Shown here in pieces: positions 30,211 to 40,680 of a stretch of 64,000 nucleotides of DNA; position 1 is the first letter of the stretch, and the number at the start of each line of letters is the position of its first letter. This DNA comes from an uncultured delta proteobacterium (lineage in GTDB: Bacteria > Desulfobacterota > Desulfuromonadia > Desulfuromonadales > BM103). The notes below the pieces were generated by a model, which was not told the origin of the DNA, made no database searches, and was given only the letters and a program-made list of their open reading frames with translations. A program made the position numbers and the translations under genes. The stretch is taken from contig CAVQRZ010000001.1 in the NCBI GenBank assembly GCA_963715335.1, positions 64,001 to 128,000 on the forward strand, given 5' to 3'.

Positions 30211-30601
30211 TGATAGATTACTCTTTTGGTCAGATATGTCAACAGAAAAAACATAACGCGCAAAGAAAACCCACACCCCGCCTTTACCGTTTATGGTATT
30301 TATTGCATAAGATGCTGATAATTAATGGTTTTTATGTTGAGTGGTTTTGCCAGCTTCTCTATGATTGTAGATGCCATACTACTCTCCGCGCACTCTCCTA
30401 GGGAGGATCCGGACCCCAGACGAGCGCGGCCAAAGCAGATCGATCTTTTCAGGCCGCTGTTTTCACGGCCTTGATGATAGTCCACCAGGAATCTTGCCAG
30501 CCCGGCGCCCCCTGGTGAATGAACTTCATCGATATCCCTTGTCGGAGCTTCGGTCTCTGTTGCGGCGCCCCGACCAAGCCTGCGCTGGAGAGGAGGTCAT
30601 T

Positions 30602-30865
30602 ATGGCACTGGTACTTTGTACGGAATGTGGCGAAGAAACCCTGGATCAGCTGACCAATTGTCCGCTATGCAACAAGCCTCTTGCAGAGGAACGACAGCAG
30701 ACCAGCGAAGCGACCAAGCTCCTGATATATGGGGCATTGTTCCTGTGCAGTCTGGCAGCGGCGACGCTCTGCAACACCCTGGGTTACACGAAAATGGCCA
30801 TCGGCTTCAGCATCGTCGGTATTGCCAGCATTGTGGTGGTGATCCTGAAACTGGGCAAGAGCTGA
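30602..30865 (+). CDS. Small zinc-ribbon membrane protein (87 aa)
   Basis: GGAGG RBS; CTEC...CPLC followed by two hydrophobic helices. Confidence 0.8.
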   Translation: MALVLCTECGEETLDQLTNCPLCNKPLAEERQQTSEATKLLIYGALFLCSLAAATLCNTLGYTKMAIGFSIVGIASIVVVILKLGKS

Positions 30866-30928
30866 GAACAACGGCAAAGGCGCTCAAGAAGCATGGCCAA
30901 CCGCTTCTCCCGATTCTGTTAACCAACC

Positions 30929-30966
30929 AAAAGCGGGCACTTCTTTCAAAGAAGTGCCCGCTTTTT
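30929..30966. terminator. Bidirectional terminator
   Basis: AAAAGCGGGCACTTCTTT C AAAGAAGTGCCCGCTTTT. Confidence 0.88.
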
Positions 30967-30993
30967 GCTTGTGGTCAGGAATTCGCCGCCAGG

Positions 30994-31563
30994 CTATGTG
31001 TGCTTGAATTCCACCTTGACGTCCCGCCGGTGCTCCGGATCAATTTGCCACAAGGTTCGCTTGGCAAAGTTAAAGAGTTGGGCAACGAGGACATCAGGGA
31101 ACTGTTCAACCCGGATATTATATATGTTCACCGACTCGTTGAGGAATTCACGGCGATCCGCAATCTGGTCTTCAAGTTCGGTAATCCGGTATCCGAGCTG
31201 CTGGAAAGACTTGTCCGCCTTGAGGTCCGGGTATCGTTCAACCACCATGAATAACGACTTGAGAGTGTCCGTCAACATGTTCTGGGCCTGGACTTTCTGC
31301 TCATCGGTCTGGGCCTGGCTGGCCATGGAGCGGGCCTTGATGACGGCCTCCAGAGTCTTCTGCTCGTGTTGCATATACCCCTCGCAGACCTTGATCAATT
31401 TTGGCAGCTCGTCGTAACGCTGCTTGAGGAGGACATCGATATTGCTCCAGTTGCGTTCGATGTTGTTCTTCAGAGCCACGAAGCCATTGTAAATTGTAAT
31501 GGCATAGAGAACCAGCACAGCAAGGACAAAAACCAGGGTTCCGAGAACTATCCAGCCTGTCAT
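30994..31563 (-). CDS. lemA: LemA-family protein
   Basis: N-terminal TM; YNG....N....WSNIDVLLKQRYD, ERYPDLKA, FPD; GGAGG RBS before ATG 31563. Confidence 0.94.
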   Translation of the reverse strand: MTGWIVLGTLVFVLAVLVLYAITIYNGFVALKNNIERNWSNIDVLLKQRYDELPKLIKVCEGYMQHEQKTLEAVIKARSMASQAQTDEQKVQAQNMLTDTLKSLFMVVERYPDLKADKSFQQLGYRITELEDQIADRREFLNESVNIYNIRVEQFPDVLVAQLFNFAKRTLWQIDPEHRRDVKVEFKHT

Positions 31564-31588
31564 GTTGATACCTCCAAACGTTTCTAAG

Positions 31589-33598
31589 TCAAACGCCGAT
31601 AAACGCCAGGAACCAGTAGAGGGCCAGGCCGGCGACACACAATCCTGACAGCAGAAGGGGGATACTGGCCAGCCGGTAGTTGCGGGTCAGGTTTGCTTCG
31701 CCAGGGGTTTCGGCGACGACGAAAGGGATGCCGCGCTGTGGCGCCCGGGTGATCACGACATGGCTCTCCTGGCGCCTGCCACCGGCCCCTTCCGCCAGGT
31801 GCTCGCCGAGGGCCTGCTGCTCCGCATCGCTTCTGGCGATATCCCATTCACCGTCACTGAGCCGACCGTCCCCGTCTGTATCGTAGCGGTGTAAAGCGTG
31901 ACGGTCAAGCTTGAGATCACGCAATTTTTCCGTGGCCCGCTCGCGCAGGCTCTTCCGCGGCTCCCGCAGCGGCCGGGCGAAACCGAGGACATAGACTGAC
32001 GTCCCTTCGTAAATCACATCCTCGACCCATTTTTCATTGATCTCGGCCTCGCTCAGACTGACCCCGTGAAAAGCCAGCGTCGCCTCTCCCGGAACCCCCG
32101 CATGACTGATCCTGGCTTTGATTGTTGCCTGCATGGGGTCAACGGCAACCATCCCGGTGCCGTCATCGACCAGGAAAGGGACGTGACTACTGTTTATGTC
32201 GCTGGTCAGCTTCCATTGGTTGCGACTGTCTTTCCTGTACTTGCGGACCCGGTAATAAATACAGGGAGACTCACTCATCGGTGAAACCAGGGCATACTTG
32301 CGAACACCCCGGCCATGCACTTCCACCAACCCCATGGCAATTGAACGAATCCGACTGGTAGGGGTGTTCTCGATTTTGCGTTTCAGGCGGAGACAATGGA
32401 AGCCTGCCCAGAGCAACCCGGCTGAGGCGATGGCAGGGACGAGTCCGGCCTTCGTCGCGTAACGCCCCGCTGCGCGGAACACCTCCAGATTGCCCACTTC
32501 AAGGAAGATGAGCGATGCGACAAACATGGCCGAACCGAGCACAGAAGCCAGCATACGCATCGAGAGTTTTTTTGCCGGGCGATCAGGCGGTGCAGGCAGC
32601 CACTGTTCGTCAGAGGCCTCGTTTGCACCCTCCTCCGGCTGCGCTATGGCTGCCTTGATCTCTTTGACAACTTCACCCAGACCGGGAACCGCTTGCGCAT
32701 TTTCCAAAGCGCTTGCGGCGGTCAGCGCCGGGGCGACATTATTTCCTGCCATTTCGGAGCGGTCCTGTTCGAGGTCGCACATCAACCAGCCGTATCGGGT
32801 CATCCGTTGCAGGATCGTCTCCTGATCGAGGAGCTGCCCGTCAAGGCTTTTGACCTGACAGTCAGGGAGACGGCCGAGGCCAAAATCCGTATGCAGAGAG
32901 AAACGACCCGCGTACTCTCCTGCCAGTTGAACCATCGCCTTGAGATTGCGCGTCGCGCTCAAAGTCATTCTGTCGCCCAAACCCTTGGCGTTAAAACCGG
33001 CCGGGAGCACCCGGACGACATCTCTGGGCTGCGCCTGGTCATCCAGGATATACAGGTCGAGGACAGGCTTTCCTTGCAGGACCGAGTCGAGCATTTTTTC
33101 GTCGGCCATGGCCGTGACATGCCTGGCAGCCTTGTATCGCATCTGTATCGTATGTCGTCTGAGGGCGCGCTCTTCGAGCTTTCCGGAGACATCGGCCAGC
33201 ACGGCGACAAGCGAGGCTCCACGCGATAAACGAACCGTCTTTTCAGGGCAGACCAATTCGACCACGTCTGTCTTGACAACCAGTTCACGCAACCTCAGGG
33301 GAGTCGAGATCTCCTCGGTCCGTTGAACGACCCAGCATGCATAGCCGTGGTTGCGCAGCAGTTCGGCAAGTTGCCCGGTTTTCTCGCGGCTGCCCGATCC
33401 GAACAGGGCCTTGCCGGAACCGGTCAATCGGGTTCTGGCCGTATAGGCGTCCAGTCCATAATCACTCATCAAAACGTGCAGGAGATTTTCCAGGCCGGGA
33501 TCGGATGCCGGCCTCTGGGAGGCAATCAGTTGGCAGGTTTTTGATTCTTCGGCCATAGGAAAAGTGTCGGGGAAAGTCGTCGCCTCCGCTAGAGACAA
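31589..33598 (-). CDS. Membrane protein with C-terminal GIDE (MUL1/BAM-like) domain and EF-hand-like motif; start uncertain
   Basis: IENTPTSRIRSIAMGLVEVHG, PFLVDDGTG, VYVLG, DTDGDGRLSDGEW; upstream of lemA. Confidence 0.8.
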   Translation of the reverse strand: MSLAEATTFPDTFPMAEESKTCQLIASQRPASDPGLENLLHVLMSDYGLDAYTARTRLTGSGKALFGSGSREKTGQLAELLRNHGYACWVVQRTEEISTPLRLRELVVKTDVVELVCPEKTVRLSRGASLVAVLADVSGKLEERALRRHTIQMRYKAARHVTAMADEKMLDSVLQGKPVLDLYILDDQAQPRDVVRVLPAGFNAKGLGDRMTLSATRNLKAMVQLAGEYAGRFSLHTDFGLGRLPDCQVKSLDGQLLDQETILQRMTRYGWLMCDLEQDRSEMAGNNVAPALTAASALENAQAVPGLGEVVKEIKAAIAQPEEGANEASDEQWLPAPPDRPAKKLSMRMLASVLGSAMFVASLIFLEVGNLEVFRAAGRYATKAGLVPAIASAGLLWAGFHCLRLKRKIENTPTSRIRSIAMGLVEVHGRGVRKYALVSPMSESPCIYYRVRKYRKDSRNQWKLTSDINSSHVPFLVDDGTGMVAVDPMQATIKARISHAGVPGEATLAFHGVSLSEAEINEKWVEDVIYEGTSVYVLGFARPLREPRKSLRERATEKLRDLKLDRHALHRYDTDGDGRLSDGEWDIARSDAEQQALGEHLAEGAGGRRQESHVVITRAPQRGIPFVVAETPGEANLTRNYRLASIPLLLSGLCVAGLALYWFLAFIGV

Positions 33599-33606
33599 TC
33601 ATCAGC

Positions 33607-34698
33607 TTATGCTGTCGGGATTTTCACCTGTAGTCCAAGGCCCAACTTTTCACAGGCCTTTCGATGGGCGCCATGCACAGGCAAAGCGACCAATTCATCG
33701 TATCCGAACCAGGAGAAACCGCTGCCTTCTGCAACCAGGCCAGGCAGGTCGACAGCGACCAGATAAACGGCCAACTCCAGCTTGAAGTGACTGTAGGCAT
33801 GGCGAACATCGCAAAGTCTGCCGGCAACGCCTTGCCAACCCAGGTCCGTGAGCAAACGACACGCAACCTGGTCCGGGGACAGATTATCCGTGATGTCCGC
33901 TGAGGGCAGTTCCCAAAGCCCACCCAGGAAGCCCTCGGCAGGGCGCTGTCTAAGCATCAGGTTGTGTTCTCTTTCGATGAGCAGGGCAACCTGTCGACGA
34001 ACCGGGACCTGCGCTCTCTGGCGTGGCAAGGGCAACGCTGTCGCCAGGCCGGCAGCGCAGGCCAGACAGATTTTGCGCAAAGGGCAGATTCCACAATCAG
34101 GGTCGCGCGGCAGACAAACTGTCGCGCCCAAATCCATGATGGCCTGGGCGTAGTCGTGCGACCTGTGCCGAGGAGTCAAGGTTTCAGCCCAAGCCCATAG
34201 CTGCTTTTCCGCGCTCCTGCCGCGCGGGTCTTCCCTCCAGGCAAAGAGACGCACCAAGACCCGCCGGACGTTGCCATCGAGAATCGGGGTTGGTTGATCA
34301 AAGGCGATGGAAAGGATGGCACCGGCTGTGGAACGCCCGATGCCAGGTAACGCGCCCAGCCCCTCAAGAGAATTCGGCAAAGACCCTCCGGATTCCGCGA
34401 CAATCATGCCGGCTGCCTTGTGCAGGTTACGCGCCCGGGAATAATAACCCAGTCCGGCCCACTGGGCGATGACATCATCCAGGGGCGCTGCAGCAAGGCT
34501 CTCCACGGTCGGGAAATGTTGCAAAAAGCGCTTGTAGTAAGGGATGACGGCAGCAACCGTGGTCTGCTGCAGCATTATCTCGGAGACCCAGACCCGGTAA
34601 GGGTCGCGGGTTTGCCGCCACGGCAGGTCGCGCCCTGCTCTGCCGTACCAGGCGAGCAAGAGGTTTGAGAATTCATCGGGTTCAAAGGGCAGGTTCAT
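33607..34698 (-). CDS. mutY: A/G-specific adenine glycosylase
   Basis: DLPWR, VSEIMLQQT, WAGLGYYSRARN, LPGIG, DGNV, C-x6-C-x2-C-x5-C. Confidence 0.96.
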   Translation of the reverse strand: MNLPFEPDEFSNLLLAWYGRAGRDLPWRQTRDPYRVWVSEIMLQQTTVAAVIPYYKRFLQHFPTVESLAAAPLDDVIAQWAGLGYYSRARNLHKAAGMIVAESGGSLPNSLEGLGALPGIGRSTAGAILSIAFDQPTPILDGNVRRVLVRLFAWREDPRGRSAEKQLWAWAETLTPRHRSHDYAQAIMDLGATVCLPRDPDCGICPLRKICLACAAGLATALPLPRQRAQVPVRRQVALLIEREHNLMLRQRPAEGFLGGLWELPSADITDNLSPDQVACRLLTDLGWQGVAGRLCDVRHAYSHFKLELAVYLVAVDLPGLVAEGSGFSWFGYDELVALPVHGAHRKACEKLGLGLQVKIPTA

Positions 34699-34734
34699 TA
34701 CAGATTCGCACCTCGCACTTCGCGCCTCGATGTT

Positions 34735-35778
34735 TCATCCTATCTCCCGCAGCGCTGTCAAAGTCGTTTCCATCTCCTTACGGGTGCCGATGGAGATGCG
34801 CAAGCCATGCGCCAGGGCCGGGTCACTGAAGTAACGGACCAGGATCTTGCGCTGGTAGAGTGCGTCATAAACCCGCTGGCCATGTCGATCAGGGGGACTG
34901 GCGAACAGGTAGTTCGCGCTGGAGGGGAGCACGGCATAGCCAAGCCTGGTCAGCTCATCCTTGAACCAGTCACGGGTGGCGCAAATACGTGCGACACACG
35001 CCCTGAAATACTCCTGGTCCCTGAGTGCGGCAACCACTGCCACCTGGGCCAGACGGTCAAGATTATAGTGGTCGCGGATCTTGTCAAGCGCGGCGATAAC
35101 CTCCGGCCTGGCGATCGCCAGGCCGAGCCGCATCCCCGCGAGGGAATAACTCTTGGAGAGAGTCCTGACCACCACGACATTTGGCTTTTTTTTCACCAGG
35201 GCGAGGCAGTTGCTCGCTGAAAAATCTGCATAAGCTTCATCGACCACCAGCAAGCCGTCGCAACGATCAGCCAGGGCAGCCACTTCAGCAGGAGACCAGC
35301 TCAGGCCAAGGGGTGCGTTCGGACTGGTGAGAAAGAACAGCCGACCAGGATATCGCGCAGGGAACCCGATGATCTCTTTCTCTTCGGTCAGTTGAAAGGT
35401 TTTGACTACCGTATCCTGCACCCGGGCCAAAGTCGCATAGTAGGAGTAGGACGGGTGCAGGTAGGCAACCTCCTCGCCCTCGCCAACAGAAGCCCTGATC
35501 AGGTTGTTGAGGAGCTCATCGGAACCGTTGGCCATGATCACCCAGTCAACCGGGTAGCCATAAAGGTCCGCGGCGGCCTGGCGCCCATCCCGGCAGGCCG
35601 CGTCCGGATATTTACGCAGGTCATCGCCGGTCGCCTGCCGGATCGCCTCAATCACCTTCGGTGACGGCGGGTACGGGTTCTCGTTGGTGTTGAGTTTGAT
35701 CCATTCCGCCTCGTCCGGAGGCTGGTAGCCGGGGACGTAACCGGCCATATCGGCGATGTTTTTACGAATGTAAGACAT
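34735..35778 (-). CDS. hisC: Histidinol-phosphate aminotransferase
   Basis: [36 protein letters not shown]; start ATG 35778. Confidence 0.93.
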   Translation of the reverse strand: MSYIRKNIADMAGYVPGYQPPDEAEWIKLNTNENPYPPSPKVIEAIRQATGDDLRKYPDAACRDGRQAAADLYGYPVDWVIMANGSDELLNNLIRASVGEGEEVAYLHPSYSYYATLARVQDTVVKTFQLTEEKEIIGFPARYPGRLFFLTSPNAPLGLSWSPAEVAALADRCDGLLVVDEAYADFSASNCLALVKKKPNVVVVRTLSKSYSLAGMRLGLAIARPEVIAALDKIRDHYNLDRLAQVAVVAALRDQEYFRACVARICATRDWFKDELTRLGYAVLPSSANYLFASPPDRHGQRVYDALYQRKILVRYFSDPALAHGLRISIGTRKEMETTLTALREIG

Positions 35779-35799
35779 TTGGGAGACCTTAATTATTGG

Positions 35800-35886
35800 G
35801 AATCCAGAATTCAGCATCCAGTATTCAGAATATACAATAGACCTCTAAAGTGAAAGCCTCCTGTATACTGGATACTGGATACCAGC
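35800..35886. repeat. Heptamer-based palindromic repeat, second family
   Basis: GAATCCA GAATTCA GCATCCA GTATTCA ... TGTATAC TGGATAC TGGATAC. Confidence 0.78.
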
Positions 35887-36954
35887 TTAATATTCCTCGA
35901 GTATTTTATACGTTGTCGTCCGTCGCACCGGTTGGAACCCGGCCGCCCTGGCAAGCTCAATGATCTCATCCTGAGACATGCGGAAGTCGACCCCGGCGGC
36001 GGCGACAACATTCTCTTCCAGCATCGTCCCTCCCAGGTCGTTGGCGCCAAAATACAGGGCGATCTGCGCCATGCGCGCCCCCTGGGTGACCCAGCTGGCC
36101 TGGATATTTGGCACATTGCCGAGAATCACCCTCGAGAGCGCAAGCACTTTCAGATATTCGACACCGCTCGCCTGCTCGCCACCCAACGCGGTGTTGCCGG
36201 GTTGATAACTCCAGGGGATAAACGCTGTGAAGCCCCCTTTTTCGTCTTGCAGATCACGCACGCGGAAGAGATGCTCGACGATGTCTCCGGGCTTCTCCCC
36301 GGCACCGAACATCATGGTTGCAGTGGTCGGCATGCCCAGGTGATGAGCCTCACGCATGACCTCGGCCCACTCCTGCCAGCCGATCTTGTTCGGCGAGATC
36401 TTCTGGCGCACTTCATCCACCAGGATCTCCGCACCCCCACCGGGGAGCGACTGCAGCCCGGCCAGATGCAGACGGCCCAGACATTCCACCATCGAGACGT
36501 TCGAAAGTTTGGCAATGTGCACAATCTCGGCAGGGGACAGAGAGTGAATCTGTACTGTCGGGAAACGGCGCCTCAACTGGCGAAAAAGGTCCTCGAACCA
36601 GTCGATCTGCAAATCCGGGTGGAGGCCGCCCTGCATCAGCAGTTGCGTCCCACCGTGCTCAACCAGCTCCTGGACCTTGATGAAAATCTCCGGGTAGCCA
36701 AGGACATACGCCTCAGGATGAGCCTCATCACGGTAAAATGCGCAGAACCGGCACTGCGTGGTGCAGACGTTGGTGTAGTTGACGTTGCGGTCGACAACGA
36801 ACGAGACCTGCCGGCCTGGATGCATCCGACGCCGCTGATTGTCGGCCAGTCTCCCCAGTCCGAGCAGTTCGGCTTCGGTCAACAGCCAGAGCGCTTCAGT
36901 CCTGTCGAGAGGCGTTGCCGATTCCAGTTTTTGCGTAATCGTGTTCAGCATCAT
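35887..36954 (-). CDS. mqnC: Cyclic dehypoxanthinyl futalosine synthase (radical SAM)
   Basis: VDRNVNYTNVCTTQCRFCAFYR, QGGLHP, PGGGAEIL, QASWVTQG, EENVV. Confidence 0.94.
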   Translation of the reverse strand: MMLNTITQKLESATPLDRTEALWLLTEAELLGLGRLADNQRRRMHPGRQVSFVVDRNVNYTNVCTTQCRFCAFYRDEAHPEAYVLGYPEIFIKVQELVEHGGTQLLMQGGLHPDLQIDWFEDLFRQLRRRFPTVQIHSLSPAEIVHIAKLSNVSMVECLGRLHLAGLQSLPGGGAEILVDEVRQKISPNKIGWQEWAEVMREAHHLGMPTTATMMFGAGEKPGDIVEHLFRVRDLQDEKGGFTAFIPWSYQPGNTALGGEQASGVEYLKVLALSRVILGNVPNIQASWVTQGARMAQIALYFGANDLGGTMLEENVVAAAGVDFRMSQDEIIELARAAGFQPVRRTTTYKILEEY

Positions 36955-36967
36955 CGAGCCAGAATCG

Positions 36968-37040
36968 GAGATGAGAGGAAAAAGGTCAGGGGAAAGAAAA
37001 TTTCTCCCCTTCTTGCCACTTTCCTCTTACCCCTTTCTTT
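36968..37040. repeat. Purine/pyrimidine heptamer palindromic repeat, third family
   Basis: GAGAGGA AAAAGGT CAGGGGA ... TTCCTCT TACCCCT TTC. Confidence 0.6.
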
Positions 37041-38131
37041 TAAAATGTTCTGATTTCGTTATACAACGTATCTCGTTCCACCGGCTGTTTCCCGGCTTTA
37101 CGAATCAGTTCAACCAGCTGGTCCCTGCTCACCTGCTGGGGCGAATCGGCACCGGCATCGTGGCCAATCTGTTCTTCGACGACAGTGCCGTCGAGATCGT
37201 TGACGCCAAAGGCAAGAGCAACCTGGGCGACTTTCAGCCCCAGCATGACCCAGTAGGCCTTGATGTGCCGGAAATTATCGAGATAGATCCTGCTGATCGC
37301 CAAAGTCTTAAGCGCGTCCACTCCACCAACACCCCCGGCACCAGGCACCCGGGTGTTATCCGGTTGAAACGCCAGAGGGATGAACGCCTGGAAGCCGCCG
37401 GTCCGATCTTGCAGCTCGCGCAGCCGTGCCAGATGGTCGACCCGGTCGGCGAAATTTTCAACATGGCCGAACAGCATGGTGGCATTGGTTTTCAACCCGC
37501 CGTTGTGCACCTGTTCCGTAACCTCGAGCCAACGCTCACCACTGATTTTTTCCGGGCAGATCTGCTTACGCACTGCCGGGGCAAAGATTTCCGCTCCGCC
37601 CCCGGGCATGGAGTCGAGGCCGGCTCTCTTCAGTTCGGCAACGACCTCGGCCGGCGACTGTTGCGTCAGCCGGGCGAAATAGTCAACCTCGACTGCCGTG
37701 AAGGCCTTTATGTGCAGTTGCGGATGGTCCGCCTTCATCGCGGCCAGGACTTCCAGGTAGAAGTCAAAGGGCAGGTCGGGGTGCAACCCCCCGACCATAT
37801 GGATTTCTGTCGCTCCTGCTTCGCTGGCATCGGCGGCACGTGCGAGAATGTCGTTTAAAGCCAGCGTGTAACTACCGTCATCGTGCTCGTTTTCACGGCT
37901 GAACGCGCAGAAAATACATCGATTGACACAGATATTGGTGTAATTGATGTGACGATTGACGTTGAAATAAACCTTGTCGCCGTTAATTTGCCGGTTGGCC
38001 AGGGCCGCCAGTTCGCCGACCGCAAGCAGATCGTCAGACTCGAAAAGCGCCATGGCCTCGTCATCGCAGACGCGGGCCCCGCTTTCGATCTTGGTCCGGA
38101 TATTCTGGAACAAAGTCATCTTTTTATTCAT
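37040..38131 (-). CDS. mqnE: Aminofutalosine synthase (radical SAM)
   Basis: NRHINYTNICVNRCIFCAF, HIKAFTAVE, PGGGAEIF, HIKAYWVM, DLDGTV; start ATG 38131 or 38119. Confidence 0.94.
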   Translation of the reverse strand: MNKKMTLFQNIRTKIESGARVCDDEAMALFESDDLLAVGELAALANRQINGDKVYFNVNRHINYTNICVNRCIFCAFSRENEHDDGSYTLALNDILARAADASEAGATEIHMVGGLHPDLPFDFYLEVLAAMKADHPQLHIKAFTAVEVDYFARLTQQSPAEVVAELKRAGLDSMPGGGAEIFAPAVRKQICPEKISGERWLEVTEQVHNGGLKTNATMLFGHVENFADRVDHLARLRELQDRTGGFQAFIPLAFQPDNTRVPGAGGVGGVDALKTLAISRIYLDNFRHIKAYWVMLGLKVAQVALAFGVNDLDGTVVEEQIGHDAGADSPQQVSRDQLVELIRKAGKQPVERDTLYNEIRTF

Positions 38132-38183
38132 CTGTTGATCTGTTGAAAAAGGCCATGGCAGGCGTGCGGAAGGACCTCTGCCG

Positions 38184-38807
38184 TTACCCCTTTTCCTCCC
38201 CCCACCGGGCAAAAAGGTCATGATCAATGCCGAGCTGATCGAGAACTTTGCCGACCACAAAATCAACCAGGTCAGAGATCTTGTCCGGGCCATGGTAGAA
38301 GCCCGGCATGGCTGGCAGGATCACGGCACCTGCCCGCGAGAGACGCAACAGGTTTTCGAGATGAATCGTATTGAATGGCGTTTCTCTCGGCACCAGGATC
38401 AACGGGCGGCGCTCTTTGAGCATCACGTCAGCGGCCCGTTCCAGCAGGTTTCCGCTCAAGCCCGCGGCAATCCTGCCGGCGGTGCCCATCGAACAGGGCA
38501 TGACGATCATGGCATCGGCGGGGTTCGAACCGCTGGCAGAACCCGCCCAGAAATCATCTATATCCAGGCAATCGACAGCGATACTGGCAAAATATTCCTG
38601 CACCCGGTGGCGCTGATTTTTGTTCTCTGTCGGCCAGTCAAGTCCGATCTCATGATTCAGTACCTGGCGGCCTGCCGCAGTCATAATCAGGCTGACCCGG
38701 CATCCCGCCCGCAATAATTCGCTGACCAGGCCCAGACCGTAGACCGAACCTGAGGCGCCGGTGATGGCGACCACAAAATGCCGTATATCGTGATTGTCCG
38801 TCGACAT
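38184..38807 (-). CDS. ubiX: Flavin prenyltransferase
   Basis: AITGASG, ASGS, PCSMGT, RAADV.LKERR, PRETP, PGFY. Confidence 0.95.
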   Translation of the reverse strand: MSTDNHDIRHFVVAITGASGSVYGLGLVSELLRAGCRVSLIMTAAGRQVLNHEIGLDWPTENKNQRHRVQEYFASIAVDCLDIDDFWAGSASGSNPADAMIVMPCSMGTAGRIAAGLSGNLLERAADVMLKERRPLILVPRETPFNTIHLENLLRLSRAGAVILPAMPGFYHGPDKISDLVDFVVGKVLDQLGIDHDLFARWGEEKG

Positions 38808-38819
38808 GATTATCCCGTT

Positions 38820-39704
38820 CTAGACAAGTGCATCGACAAGGGTAAAAAGAAAGATTGTCACGCTGATGTAACCGTTCATGTTAAAAAAGGCCGCATCCAG
38901 GCGCGACAGATCATCAGGTCGCACCAGCAGATGTTCGTAGACCAGTAATCCGGCCACCACCATGACCCCGACAAGATAAATAACTCCCAGCCCCTTGCTG
39001 AACACCAGCAGCACCAGCAGGACCACCATCACCACGTGGAATATGCGCACAACCAGGAACGAGCGTTCGATGCCAAAGCGTGCAGGGATCGAAAAGAGCC
39101 CCTTGTCCCGATCATATTGGTAATCCTGCAGCGCATAGAAGATATCAAAACCGGCGACCCAGAAAAGCACCGCAAAACCAAGGACCATGACCGGCCAACC
39201 GACGTCACCGCGCAACGCGATCCACGCGCCAACCGGCGCAGCAGCAAGGCAAATCCCCAGGATTAGGTGGGCCATGGCGGTAAACCGCTTACAGAAGCTG
39301 TAGAGGGCCAGGAAGAAGATCGCCACCGGGGCCAGCTTCAGGCACAGCGGGTTGAGCATCCACGCGGCAAACAACAACAGCGCAAAAGCGCCAAGCACCA
39401 ACAGCCATGCTTCATGTAAACGGACTTTGCCTGCCGGGAGATGCCGTTCGGCAGTTCGAGGGTTCTCCGCATCGATGCGCGCATCAATAATGCGGTTCAA
39501 CCCCATGGCCCCGGTCCGGGCCCCGACCATGGCAAGGCAGACCCAGAAGACCTGGCCAAGCGCGGGAACACTGCCGCTTGCCAGTGAGGCGAGCACCACG
39601 CCCATCAGGGCAAAGGGGAAAGCGAAAACCGTGTGGGAGAACTTGATCATCTCCAGCAAGGTCATCAGCTTGGTTAAAAAATTATTTGTGATTGTCGTAT
39701 CCAT
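38820..39704 (-). CDS. UbiA-family prenyltransferase (MqnP-like)
   Basis: IKFSHTVFAFPFA, NRIIDARIDAENPRT..R, FDIFYALQD, AFF..NG. Confidence 0.92.
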   Translation of the reverse strand: MDTTITNNFLTKLMTLLEMIKFSHTVFAFPFALMGVVLASLASGSVPALGQVFWVCLAMVGARTGAMGLNRIIDARIDAENPRTAERHLPAGKVRLHEAWLLVLGAFALLLFAAWMLNPLCLKLAPVAIFFLALYSFCKRFTAMAHLILGICLAAAPVGAWIALRGDVGWPVMVLGFAVLFWVAGFDIFYALQDYQYDRDKGLFSIPARFGIERSFLVVRIFHVVMVVLLVLLVFSKGLGVIYLVGVMVVAGLLVYEHLLVRPDDLSRLDAAFFNMNGYISVTIFLFTLVDALV

Positions 39705-39867
39705 AGTGAATTAGTCAGACAGTTTACAACGCCCCTATCTCAGGTTCAAGCAAACCCGACAGAGAGGGGAAAAAGATTGCGTGCCTTGTGCAATCAAAAA
39801 GACCGGCAACGGACTCTTGTCTAAACCATTGAAAAACAATTGAACGCTTAACCACGGAGCGGCAATA

Positions 39868-40680
39868 TTAAAGATCAAATTCGGCCCAGACCGGGGCGTG
39901 GTCAGAAGGTTTCTGCATGGCCCGGATCTCGTAATCAATGCCTGCTGAGAGACACTGATCGACGAGGGGCGCACTGGCCAGGATCAGGTCAATTCGCAAC
40001 CCGCGCGGCGGGTCAGCCTCGAAACCGCGACTGCGATAATCGAACCAGCTGAAGCGGTCTTCCACTTCCGGATGGCAATGGCGAAAAGTATCCGTCAAGC
40101 CCCACTTGCAGAGACGTTGCAACCACGCCCGCTCTTGCGGCAGGAAACTGCATTTTCCGGTGCGCAGCCACCGCAGGGCGTTCTCCTCGCCAATGCCGAT
40201 ATCCCGATTTTCCGGGGCAACGTTCATGTCACCGACCACCAGCAACCGCTCGTCGGGATTTCGCCGTGTGGTCAGGTCGTTGAACAGGTCAGCATAAAAG
40301 CGAGCCTTGTTCGGAAATTTAATAGGATGATCTTGACTTTCACCTTGCGGAAAATAGCCATTGACGACCCGCAAGCTCCCCTTCCGCAACGGATAACTCG
40401 CGGCGATCAAACGCCTCTGTGCCCCATCACCATCACCGGCAAACCCGTACTGTGCGTCAGACGGAGTACTGCGACTCAGCAGAGCCACACCGTAATGGGT
40501 CTTCTGCCCGAACCAGAGGGCTCTGTAGCCAAGTGCTTCGATATCCGCCTGCGGAAAGTCCTGGTCCTGGACCTTGGTTTCCTGGAGGGCAATGATTTCT
40601 GGCTGGTGCTTTTCTACGACAGCGCCCAGCTGGTGTAGACGGCTGCGAATACTGTTCACATTAAAAGAGACAATTTTCAT
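39868..40680 (-). CDS. xth: Exodeoxyribonuclease III
   Basis: [34 protein letters not shown]. Confidence 0.96.
   Translation of the reverse strand: MKIVSFNVNSIRSRLHQLGAVVEKHQPEIIALQETKVQDQDFPQADIEALGYRALWFGQKTHYGVALLSRSTPSDAQYGFAGDGDGAQRRLIAASYPLRKGSLRVVNGYFPQGESQDHPIKFPNKARFYADLFNDLTTRRNPDERLLVVGDMNVAPENRDIGIGEENALRWLRTGKCSFLPQERAWLQRLCKWGLTDTFRHCHPEVEDRFSWFDYRSRGFEADPPRGLRIDLILASAPLVDQCLSAGIDYEIRAMQKPSDHAPVWAEFDL

Noticed and set aside
30201..30401. 66-aa plus-strand ORF opposite the candidate sRNA, as a type I toxin
   Set aside because: The GGAGG is 16 nt from the ATG and the peptide lacks a clear TM helix.
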